DNA of 64,000 nucleotides from a virus. Position numbers and translations under genes: made by a program. The notes under the pieces were generated by a model, which saw only the letters and a program-made list of their open reading frames with translations, did not search any database and had not been told where the DNA came from. The DNA lies in IMG/VR virus record IMGVR_UViG_3300051212_000701, positions 21,951 through 85,950 of that record; one strand, 5' to 3'. Shown one piece after another: positions 8,713 to 17,066 of the stretch (position 1 is the stretch's first letter; each line of letters starts with the position of its first letter).

Positions 8713-9937
8713 TTTGGAATGGATTCTCGTAAATTTCTTTTACAATGCCTCGATTAATATCCCAATCTAAATAGAAATTAAAATCATGACCATGTCTATT
8801 TTTTCTAGAAACAATTTCAATCATATTTGTTTGTGGGTATCTATGCACAGCAAGTGCCATATCTGCATCGTACTCGATAGCCTTTGACCAAGCAACTTGA
8901 CTCATCATTGGCGGATTGTCCTGGTCCGATATATCGTCTGCCGTTGCAGCGGTAATGTCGATAATCGGAATATTATTTGACACAGCAAGCATCTTGAATT
9001 CACGAGAAACATTTCTATTTCTTTCAACTTCAGAATTGCTGCGCTTATTATCGTTAAATAATTGATGATAATCTAAAATAACTAAATCTGGCTTATGCTG
9101 ATCTATCTTTCCTTGTATTGTTGCAGGAGTTACTTCTGCAGCACCTTCATTTGAAACAAGAACAAAGCTATTTTTTCCCTCAAACTTTTTATTACCCCAT
9201 GATCTGAAATCGTCAATGTTAATATCTCCTTTAGACAAATCTGAGGCACGGAATATTCCAGATCCTAACATTGTAAAGATACGGTCACGCATATTTTCAG
9301 GAGACATTTCAAGAGAAACAATCATTGGCTTGAAGCCTTGCTCCCATGCTTTACATGCTAAATATGATGTAAACCATGTCTTACCACGACCTGGCCAACC
9401 AATAGCAACAATTAAATGTCCAGGGGCCATTCCTGTAGGATATGCTTTATCTATAGCGCTAAATCCAGTAAGGATTCCTGGGGCACCGCCCATTACAGAT
9501 GAACGCTCTTTAACTGCCTCATAATGTCTAGCGGCATTCTCTACGTCAATGATGTCTAAGTCACGAACATTATTTGTAAAACGACTTAAGTTAGCAAGGT
9601 CGCTTTGCATTTGTGCAAGTACTCTAGAAGCAGCATCTTCTTTTAATGCTGAACCCCCACGTATAATAATAGACTTTAATTTGCCAGAGATGTATTCGTT
9701 TTTAAGTTGATCTAAATAGTATCCAGTTTCTGCTTTAACTTCTGTAGGTTCAAAATCTTTATGACGCTCAACTAAAACGCCTGCTTCTGGTACAGCTTTA
9801 AACTTATAATAGTATGACTTCAAGCTTTCCCAAATATCTCTATGGGAAATAAATAGCTCGTCTACATTTTCGGCAAGTAGTGTGCTGATATCTTTATTTT
9901 TACATACAGCAGATATAACAGTTGCTTCTATATTCAC
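8672..9937 (-). CDS. dnaB: DnaB-like replicative helicase
   Basis: Walker A GWPGRGKT, SLEMS, ILDYHQL, IEYDAD, KNRHG. Confidence 0.93.
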   Translation of the reverse strand: MNIEATVISAVCKNKDISTLLAENVDELFISHRDIWESLKSYYYKFKAVPEAGVLVERHKDFEPTEVKAETGYYLDQLKNEYISGKLKSIIIRGGSALKEDAASRVLAQMQSDLANLSRFTNNVRDLDIIDVENAARHYEAVKERSSVMGGAPGILTGFSAIDKAYPTGMAPGHLIVAIGWPGRGKTWFTSYLACKAWEQGFKPMIVSLEMSPENMRDRIFTMLGSGIFRASDLSKGDINIDDFRSWGNKKFEGKNSFVLVSNEGAAEVTPATIQGKIDQHKPDLVILDYHQLFNDNKRSNSEVERNRNVSREFKMLAVSNNIPIIDITAATADDISDQDNPPMMSQVAWSKAIEYDADMALAVHRYPQTNMIEIVSRKNRHGHDFNFYLDWDINRGIVKEIYENPFQNESQADQKISSKS

Positions 9938-10251
9938 TCTTCGCCCTCAACCATTCTTCTTGTTTGATCCAGCAGTATGCTGCGATTAATCTTGTCTTTT
10001 TCAATCTCTTTGTGCAATACATCTATCTTGTCAAAATTATTATAGAAGAAATTTAAAGGATGGCCTAGCTTGTTAGTAGAAAAATAATAAACAAGCAGCT
10101 CCTTAGCACGGTCATATCCTACACTATCTATGACGTCTTGCATAGCCCACTTTTCACGAAACTTATTAATGCGTGGTTTCTTGTCATACTTTTCTTTGTA
10201 TAAATTCTCATACACCCCAATAAGTACGTAGGGAGCTCTCTCATTTGCCAC
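9934..10251 (-). CDS. hypothetical protein (possible helicase loader/replication accessory)
   Basis: 105-aa ORF coupled to dnaB; function inferred from position only. Confidence 0.6.
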   Translation of the reverse strand: MANERAPYVLIGVYENLYKEKYDKKPRINKFREKWAMQDVIDSVGYDRAKELLVYYFSTNKLGHPLNFFYNNFDKIDVLHKEIEKDKINRSILLDQTRRMVEGEE

Positions 10252-10444
10252 GCTTTAGCTCTTCCTCTACCTCTCGTGTTTTCTGCACAAGCTTATCTTC
10301 TACAAACTTATAAACACGCTCTGTTGCTAAATCAACATTTTCTCCAGCCCTGACATCGTCTTCTACGCCTATGCCAATCTTTATGCTTTCGTAGTTACCC
10401 AAGTTTCTAGTAAAAGACAAATCAACCTTTACCTTCGTTGTCAC
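10241..10444 (-). CDS. hypothetical protein
   Basis: 67-aa ORF, GTG start, TRNLGNYESIKI motif. Confidence 0.7.
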   Translation of the reverse strand: MTTKVKVDLSFTRNLGNYESIKIGIGVEDDVRAGENVDLATERVYKFVEDKLVQKTREVEEELKRGK

Positions 10445-10551
10445 TTGTGTTCCGCCTTTCTATGTCTTGAGAGCGCATCGTGTCCAAATATTCCCCAGCG
10501 CAATTCTATTTCTTTACTGCATATACTACATACAACAACTCTGCTAGCCAT
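10441..10551 (-). CDS. 36-aa C2H2 zinc-finger microprotein (not in ORF track)
   Basis: MASRVVVCSICSKEIELRWGIFGHDALSRHRKAEHK; TAATG and GTGA overlaps fill the gap exactly. Confidence 0.7.
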   Translation of the reverse strand: MASRVVVCSICSKEIELRWGIFGHDALSRHRKAEHK

Positions 10552-11033
10552 TATTCCGCCTTCCATACTGGTACAAAACCGTTATCGGTCTTAGTATACA
10601 ATATAATGTTGTGTTTGAAAAGACCTAATAATTCTGCCTTAGAAGGTATATTGCTTGAATGTCCAGCATCTAATATATATTGGTGTATGTCCAATATGTC
10701 CGATTCGCTAAACAAATATTTAGACCAATTTTTATTATCTGGATTACTAATTGAATATATCTTTTTAGGCTGGCGCACCTTGCCTTCAAGAATATAATCT
10801 TCAATTGTAATCCTATGTTTGTTTAACATAGAAGAAACTTCAGATATAGAATATGCTTTTGACATATTTTTTTCAACCTGAGAATATGAATACAGAACTC
10901 TTTTTTTGCTTTCATAGTGCCAGGCAATAACTTCATCTTTAGACCTTGATGCCTTAAGAACTTTATGTATTTGATCGTTTAAGAAGAAATACCGTAGTTC
11001 TTTGAGTTTTGATTTTCTACGTTTTCTAGCCAT
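10551..11033 (-). CDS. helix-turn-helix DNA-binding protein (MerR/excisionase-like HTH)
   Basis: YSISEVSSMLNKHRITIEDYILEGKV...YLFSESDI. Confidence 0.65.
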   Translation of the reverse strand: MARKRRKSKLKELRYFFLNDQIHKVLKASRSKDEVIAWHYESKKRVLYSYSQVEKNMSKAYSISEVSSMLNKHRITIEDYILEGKVRQPKKIYSISNPDNKNWSKYLFSESDILDIHQYILDAGHSSNIPSKAELLGLFKHNIILYTKTDNGFVPVWKAE

Positions 11034-11167
11034 CTGCCAAAAGCACTCGTTTCTTTATTAATCATATTTCTTTTGCCACATAGTATGCAAAACAACTCAA
11101 CATGTAGTTTTTGAGAAAAAACTCTATCAACAAAAACTCTTCCATTACATTTACCACAAGTCATCAT
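10979..11167 (-). CDS. zinc-ribbon protein
   Basis: CGKCNG...FCILCG. Confidence 0.7.
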   Translation of the reverse strand: MMTCGKCNGRVFVDRVFSQKLHVELFCILCGKRNMINKETSAFGRWLENVENQNSKNYGISS

Positions 11168-11967
11168 AGCTTAAATAACTTCCCATCTACCACACAAGAA
11201 TAATCTGGTGATACGTGGATCATCTGAATGTGTGGATATTCTCCATTTTCAATATGAGCAATAGCAAAACCTTTTTGCCAGTCGTGGTGCTGAGTATACT
11301 TCATTCCTGGACCCTTTTCATCACACATATGTCCAATCTCATAGCCTCTTAATGTTTCACCATTACCGTTATTTCTTAGCTCATAAGTTACCATGTGTGA
11401 AGCAATTCTATGGGAGTGACCACGAATTAAAGATACCTGCATGTCTTCCATATCTTTTCTAACTGATCCTGTAGCAGAAATTGAAATTCCATGATGGACA
11501 TGGATATCTCCAAATCTACGTTTAGGTAAAGAGTCGTAATATATATATTCATAGCCTAAAGAATCAAGAGACCAGAGAGCTTCTGGAGTTACCTCGTTAA
11601 TATAATCTGGCAACTTAGAATCTACATAGTTAAAGATTCTTACATCGTGATTACCTAAAGCTGAAAAAAGTTGAGCGTCTGGAAGCATGTCTCTTGTTTT
11701 AGCATAAAAATCTCTTGCACCTTTTGCTTCATGACGCATTGTCGGAACAATTAAATCTTTACTGTCTGTCTTATGAAGATTTAAAAATTCTGCTGAACGA
11801 CCTTCAGTATATTTGCTATAGCATGCCTGATCGTCAGTGTCGCCCAGATAATCTACAACATCTGGCTTAAACCATTTCATTACCTTAAACCATAGTTCGA
11901 TCATCTTGTCATCTTGATATGGAAATTGCTGATCAGATGATAGCATCCATTTTAAATCGTTTGTCAT
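11164..11967 (-). CDS. calcineurin-like metallophosphoesterase
   Basis: SDQQ, LGDTDD, GNHD, HHG, GHSH motifs; start MTNDLK at 11967. Confidence 0.88.
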   Translation of the reverse strand: MTNDLKWMLSSDQQFPYQDDKMIELWFKVMKWFKPDVVDYLGDTDDQACYSKYTEGRSAEFLNLHKTDSKDLIVPTMRHEAKGARDFYAKTRDMLPDAQLFSALGNHDVRIFNYVDSKLPDYINEVTPEALWSLDSLGYEYIYYDSLPKRRFGDIHVHHGISISATGSVRKDMEDMQVSLIRGHSHRIASHMVTYELRNNGNGETLRGYEIGHMCDEKGPGMKYTQHHDWQKGFAIAHIENGEYPHIQMIHVSPDYSCVVDGKLFKL

Positions 11968-11984
11968 TAAATACCTTAATACGT

Positions 11985-12008
11985 AAAAAGTCGCAGGCAT
12001 GCGACTTT
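11985..12008 (-). terminator. intrinsic terminator-like hairpin at the structural/replication junction
   Basis: AAAGTCGCA-TGCC-TGCGAC-TTTTT on the minus strand. Confidence 0.65.
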
Positions 12009-12047
12009 ATGTTACAGTAATTGTAACATAATGTTTTGGATTGTCAA
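12007..12047 (-). promoter_or_regulatory. sigma70-type promoter (TTGACA-16-TACAAT, extended TG) overlapped by a perfect 10-bp inverted repeat
   Basis: TTGACA at 12047-12042, TGTTACAAT at 12028-12020; TTATGTTACA-N5-TGTAACATAA at 12007-12031. Confidence 0.7.
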
Positions 12048-12050
12048 TAC

Positions 12051-12509
12051 CTATTCTGTTAAACTTGCAGTATTTCCTGAAGCAGTCCAATGGATCTTGG
12101 CTGTTGTAACAGACTTAGTTCCTTTTGGAGCTCTGCATACTATATTAAACTTATCTTTACTTGCGTTAATAATATACGGAGTATACAAAGCCACGTCTGC
12201 GGATGCAGCATATTCAATAGTAACATTAATTGTTGGTGTCTCAATAAATCCTATTGTAGAAAAGTTTACTGAAAAAGACTTCATGTCTGTTTTTAAAGTC
12301 TTGCCAGCAATGATCCCGCCAATTGTTGTGTTTAATCCCTTTGCCTCAATTACCTTTCCACCATTAATTGTTGTGCTTTCAATTTTAACTGGAGTAACAG
12401 TTTCGCCTTTAGCAATAATATTAATATTCTCAACAATTTTACGCAAGACGTCAGCTGTTACTGGATCACCATCTCCGATGGTTACTGGTGTTAGGTTATT
12501 AAAGGCCAT
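12051..12509 (-). CDS. putative minor tail/fibre-associated protein
   Basis: 152 aa; C-terminal F..TP.I...IHWTASG resembles H-type lectin/gp53-like tails; last gene of the tail operon. Confidence 0.6.
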   Translation of the reverse strand: MAFNNLTPVTIGDGDPVTADVLRKIVENINIIAKGETVTPVKIESTTINGGKVIEAKGLNTTIGGIIAGKTLKTDMKSFSVNFSTIGFIETPTINVTIEYAASADVALYTPYIINASKDKFNIVCRAPKGTKSVTTAKIHWTASGNTASLTE

Positions 12510-12511
12510 TT

Positions 12512-12661
12512 TTACTCCTCAGTTTTTTTTAATGAATTTAATTCATCATTAAGCGTTGTAATTTCTGCTCGCAAGACAGCAGACATTGTCTCATATTGTG
12601 AGACAATTTCGCCAATTCTTTGCTGTAAAGCGGCTATGATTAAATCAGTTTTTTCTGTCAT
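12512..12661 (-). CDS. small coiled-coil protein (49 aa; not in ORF track)
   Basis: MTEKTDLIIAALQQRIGEIVSQYETMSAVLRAEITTLNDELNSLKKTEE; TAATG overlap. Confidence 0.7.
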   Translation of the reverse strand: MTEKTDLIIAALQQRIGEIVSQYETMSAVLRAEITTLNDELNSLKKTEE

Positions 12662-15600
12662 TATATACCCTTCAGTGTATTTACTTCTTCTTGTAATGAT
12701 TGTACCATATTAGATAGTTCTTGTACAGCCTTTACTAGTGGGGATATAAATTCAGCATATCGTAAATTTTGTCTAGAGTCTGGGTCAGTATGATCGTCTA
12801 GCACCCAGCCAGCAAATGAATCTCCAACGCCAACGGAATCCAAAGCTTCCTTGACTTCTTGAGCAACAAATCCATAATGAGATCTTATACCCTCTCTAGA
12901 GGTTGTTTCAATAATATCTTTTCCGTTTTCATCTTGTCCTATAACTTTAGGAACTAAAATTGGTTGCTCTTCTTTTTCATCTCCTACCGTATTAATTATC
13001 TGTACTCCTTCCTCCATTACTTCTTTGATGGAGGTTTCTTTCCATTTATACGATACTGGCCTCAATAGTTTAATAAAACTTAATCCTAAATTAGAATCAC
13101 TAATATCTTTTTTAAGTCTTTCATCAGAGCTGTTTATGGATGTATCAACTGCCCAAACATCTGTCCATCTTCTTGATGACAAACCTAAAGATTGACCGTT
13201 ATCTGTTCTTGGAGACCAGTCTGATGTTACTCCATAGCCTCCAGATACTCCGTATCCATTTAAATATGCATCTGCGCTGCCGTTTATATAATATGTTGTT
13301 CCATTAGCAAAATATGCATTGCTGGCTAAATACAACTGATTCCAGCTGAATGAAGAAGTTCCTAAGCTGTAACCTGCATCAGACCAGGGGTAGCATGAGG
13401 TTGTCCATCCAGAGTTCGATGAGCTTGCATGGCCAATGGCCTTAATAACCATTGTGGTGACTCCGCCTTTGGATGCATTTGTATTTATATACCCAGTGCT
13501 TCCTTCATCTGCGCCAATTGTGATAGTTCCACCAGTTATTGTTGCTCCAGTAACGTTGCCAGCAAAAGTTGCATTTCCGTCACTAGCAATTGTAAGTTTA
13601 GGAACTCCATTATTCCATGCTAATATTCCGTCTGCATTAAATGTAATTCCACTATTAAATCCATTATTGCTTTGAGCGCCTTTATATACAGTAATTCCTG
13701 TCGTATCAATTGCTGTTAAGTTTCCAGTGCTGTTTGCTATTGCATACGATGTTGCATTTAACTTACTGTTTAAATCTGTTTTTGTTGCATATGCACCATT
13801 TGTTCTTTTTGTCCATGAACCAGTCCCAGCCGCACCAGCTGTATATATTTCATTGTTGTCTCCGCCATTAACCCACAAATCTCCAGCACGGTTTGCGGAA
13901 GGAGCGGTGCTATCACTTGTATAAAAAGTTGTATTTTTTGTTGCTAATCCGTTATTAACAATTGTTGAAACTTGACCTGAAGTTTGATAACCAGCATTTT
14001 CTATGTTTGTTACTCTACCTGCTATAGCTGTTACATTTGCAGCCTGAGATGTTGCTGCTGTTTTTACGTCGCCTAAAGTACCTCCATCTGATAATGCTGA
14101 TCCTACACTCAGAGTTCCAGAGAAGCTTGAGTTTCCAGATATCACAGCTCCTGACGCATATAATACACCTTCTTTTGTAACCTTAAATGGTGCAGTAGAT
14201 GATGAATTTCTTCCAATCCACATTCTATAGGTAGCATCGTTTGCATCAAGTCTAATAATATTATCTGTCCCAGAGGAACCCAATTCAATGTACCCTGTAC
14301 TGTCTAGTCTTGCATTGTTTTTTGCTAGCTGGGTGCCGCTTAGTGTCCATTGTGCAATTTGTCCTTTTGTTGCAGTCATTAACCCATCTGAGGACTGAAG
14401 CTTAAACGTTTCACCACTTGCATCGTACCCAAAAATACCTTCGCTATTAAATCTTACTCTAGTTCCACTTGTAGGGGATGATCCAGCATACAATGTACCG
14501 CTTGTTGTTGAGCCGTCTGGTATTGCTAATTGAACATTGCCTGTAAACTTTCCACCTGTGGCATTAATATTTCCAGTTAAATATAAGTTAGTTCCATTCC
14601 AGTACATGAACTCAGTAGGATTTCCAACTCTAAATTGTCCTGTTGTAAGCCAAAAATTGTTACCTACGTTTGTTGTAGATTTATTTAAAATTATTCCATG
14701 ATAAGTACCTGAAGTTAAACTTGGACTTGTAAGTGGATCTGTATTTAAATTAATAGATTGAGATATGCCTGTTCCTATTTTAAATAAATCCTGTGATGCA
14801 CCTCCAATTGCAATATAAGACTTTAGTCTAGCTAGGGCTCCCGCTGCTGTTCCATCTGCATCAGATGCTATAAATGTACCAGATGCGGCACCTGTCCAAT
14901 TTACAACATCGTATGGTGTTGTAGATGCTACTTGATAATAATATGTTGTATTTGGTATTAATCCTGTTGCCGTAAAAGATGTTGTTGCTCTTCCAGATAC
15001 GGATGCGTATTCCCATAAAGGTGTTGGTACGCTTGCTGGATTATCTGTAGACCATCTAATAGCATAACCTGCAGTTTTAGTATCTGTAGACTGAGCCCAT
15101 GTAATATTTGATACAAGACTAAATCCACTTAAATCTTTCGGATCAATAGATGCTGAAGCAGAAGTAGAGCCTGGATTTGCAACAGTAAAAGTTGTATCTG
15201 GATCAGCAGTTTTTATTGTTATTGGGCCAGCTACTGTTCCCTTTTTATGAGCTTCCCTAAATATATCTCTATGAACTACATAAACCCATTTATTGTTATA
15301 ATCAGAAGTAATAACACTGCATTGATTATCAGTTCCAACAAATACAACTTTAGATGACGAGTTAAATGAATTTGTATCACTTTCATATACAATAGTGTCA
15401 CCATATGTTTTAAATGTTGGTTTATCCCATGATACCGTGTAAGAAGAAACTCCTCCTACCGCCACAACATTTGTTGGTGCTTCAGACAAATCTGGTATTG
15501 TTAATTCAATTGAGTATGTTGCTGAAGGTGGTCCAACTACTGGGGTTGTTTGAGTATCATCTGGATTCTTATAGTAATAATTAAATACAAAATTATATTT

Positions 15601-15750
15601 ACCTACAAGCTTTACTGGCAAGTTTTCAATTGTGACAGAATATGAATCTTTAGACAACACACTATTTGACGTATCTACGCCTTGTGCATTATTTTGTAAG
15701 TCTGGTGTACCTACTACTTTATCGTCTAAGCCATCGTAGTCTGGTCTCAT
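12661..15750 (-). CDS. tail fibre/spike with FN3 domains and C-terminal intramolecular chaperone (peptidase S74-like)
   Basis: FN3-like PTNV..VSWDKP and GLIPNTTYYYQV; SDERLKKDI, LRPVSYKW, GFVAQEV, LVKAVQEL coiled coil. Confidence 0.88.
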   Translation of the reverse strand: MRPDYDGLDDKVVGTPDLQNNAQGVDTSNSVLSKDSYSVTIENLPVKLVGKYNFVFNYYYKNPDDTQTTPVVGPPSATYSIELTIPDLSEAPTNVVAVGGVSSYTVSWDKPTFKTYGDTIVYESDTNSFNSSSKVVFVGTDNQCSVITSDYNNKWVYVVHRDIFREAHKKGTVAGPITIKTADPDTTFTVANPGSTSASASIDPKDLSGFSLVSNITWAQSTDTKTAGYAIRWSTDNPASVPTPLWEYASVSGRATTSFTATGLIPNTTYYYQVASTTPYDVVNWTGAASGTFIASDADGTAAGALARLKSYIAIGGASQDLFKIGTGISQSINLNTDPLTSPSLTSGTYHGIILNKSTTNVGNNFWLTTGQFRVGNPTEFMYWNGTNLYLTGNINATGGKFTGNVQLAIPDGSTTSGTLYAGSSPTSGTRVRFNSEGIFGYDASGETFKLQSSDGLMTATKGQIAQWTLSGTQLAKNNARLDSTGYIELGSSGTDNIIRLDANDATYRMWIGRNSSSTAPFKVTKEGVLYASGAVISGNSSFSGTLSVGSALSDGGTLGDVKTAATSQAANVTAIAGRVTNIENAGYQTSGQVSTIVNNGLATKNTTFYTSDSTAPSANRAGDLWVNGGDNNEIYTAGAAGTGSWTKRTNGAYATKTDLNSKLNATSYAIANSTGNLTAIDTTGITVYKGAQSNNGFNSGITFNADGILAWNNGVPKLTIASDGNATFAGNVTGATITGGTITIGADEGSTGYINTNASKGGVTTMVIKAIGHASSSNSGWTTSCYPWSDAGYSLGTSSFSWNQLYLASNAYFANGTTYYINGSADAYLNGYGVSGGYGVTSDWSPRTDNGQSLGLSSRRWTDVWAVDTSINSSDERLKKDISDSNLGLSFIKLLRPVSYKWKETSIKEVMEEGVQIINTVGDEKEEQPILVPKVIGQDENGKDIIETTSREGIRSHYGFVAQEVKEALDSVGVGDSFAGWVLDDHTDPDSRQNLRYAEFISPLVKAVQELSNMVQSLQEEVNTLKGI

Positions 15751-16694
15751 TAGAACGTCAATCCTATTCTATACTCAATATCCATTTCTCTGCCGTAAGA
15801 TTTAGATATTGCATTTGTTAAAACAGATCTACTAATAATAGAAGCAGAAGAATTAAATGAATCTTCATCATTTATTCTAAGTCCGTCAAGAAGAACGGTA
15901 GTGCTTCCTGAGCTTTTAGCCTGAGCCCCTACAGAAACCTGTATAATAGATTCTGCATCTGGAGTTCCTGCCCCATATCCTGATGCATATAAATTGTCTA
16001 ATGTTTTTGCAACAATCTTATTGTCTGTAGATGAGTCTCCAGGGTATCTTATTTCAAAATAACTATTTGTTGTGCTATAAAATCTTACAAAAACATAATC
16101 AAGATTTGTGTCTTGTTGTTTAAAAGCTAAGGTTAAGCTATCATTCTGACTGTAACCAGAGAGGTCGAAGTTTGTCAATAAATTATATTTTGTAGACTGG
16201 TTTGCAGGAGATGTTAAGCTAAACCAGGTATTTCCTATTCTTGGAGCTGGAGAATACGTTGTTACTGCTGGAGAACCTGCATCATTTAGCCAGCTAAGAT
16301 TGTTTTCAAATGTAGAAATAAATCTACTTGAATAATCTGTGTTGCCTTCTGTTGCACTTGCAAACAAACCAACTTCTTTTATGCTTCCGACAATATCTGT
16401 TGGCAATGTTGTTTTATATACTACTGCATATGTAGATGCCTGTGTGCTTGGATTTGTTTGAATATCTATGCTTCCCAAACTAACTGCTGATCGATAAAAT
16501 TCAAAATCAAGTTGAGTGTTATTTACAGATGGAGTACTGTTACCTATTCCAACTGCTATGCTTTTATTGTCAAAAGTAACTGCTCCAGCAAGATAAGAGG
16601 TTAAAAATCTTTTACCAAATCTTGTTAGTATGTTTGACTGCTTGCATATTTCTTTGCCATTTTCATAAAAAACATATTCTCCTACGAGATTCAT
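15750..16694 (-). CDS. minor tail protein
   Basis: NILTRFGKRFL...IAVGIG...LDFEFYR...IKEVGLF, similar to tail-collar/baseplate N-termini; start MNLVG (16694). Confidence 0.7.
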   Translation of the reverse strand: MNLVGEYVFYENGKEICKQSNILTRFGKRFLTSYLAGAVTFDNKSIAVGIGNSTPSVNNTQLDFEFYRSAVSLGSIDIQTNPSTQASTYAVVYKTTLPTDIVGSIKEVGLFASATEGNTDYSSRFISTFENNLSWLNDAGSPAVTTYSPAPRIGNTWFSLTSPANQSTKYNLLTNFDLSGYSQNDSLTLAFKQQDTNLDYVFVRFYSTTNSYFEIRYPGDSSTDNKIVAKTLDNLYASGYGAGTPDAESIIQVSVGAQAKSSGSTTVLLDGLRINDEDSFNSSASIISRSVLTNAISKSYGREMDIEYRIGLTF

Positions 16695-16695
16695 T

Positions 16696-17049
16696 TTAGC
16701 CTCCCTTTCCATATACACCAATTACATCGTCTCCGACACTATTTTTAACATTAAAAATAAATCTTGCTCTTGGTATATTTTTTTGATCAAAATATATTTC
16801 AGATTTTACAACTGTAATATCTTCAAGGTTTGGAGCTTTTAGCTTATCCTTATTTGGATCATCTTCTTCGCTTTCATTATCATCTCCAATATTTACTTCA
16901 AAAGTAAATTTATCTTTTGGAAGTGTAGATGCTGCACCTTCATCAAGCTGAAATGTAAAAGGATCAACAAGGTCCCAGTGTTCCTTTTTAAGTACCTTGG
17001 TTAGTGGGTCATCTTCGAAAAGCTTTAGCTTTGGGTTGTTTTTTGCCAT
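16696..17049 (-). CDS. hypothetical tail-region protein
   Basis: 117-aa acidic ORF with its own extended -10 element upstream. Confidence 0.65.
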   Translation of the reverse strand: MAKNNPKLKLFEDDPLTKVLKKEHWDLVDPFTFQLDEGAASTLPKDKFTFEVNIGDDNESEEDDPNKDKLKAPNLEDITVVKSEIYFDQKNIPRARFIFNVKNSVGDDVIGVYGKGG

Positions 17050-17055
17050 ATTAAC

Positions 17056-17064
17056 ATTCTACCA
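17056..17064 (-). promoter_or_regulatory. extended -10 (TGGTAGAAT), leaderless start
   Basis: 6 nt upstream of ATG 17049. Confidence 0.55.
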
Positions 17065-17066
17065 TT

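Noticed and set aside
1814-9937. Inteins or introns in recA, dnaE and dnaB
   Set aside because: The proteins are of normal length and continuous, with no intein splice motifs or homing endonuclease.
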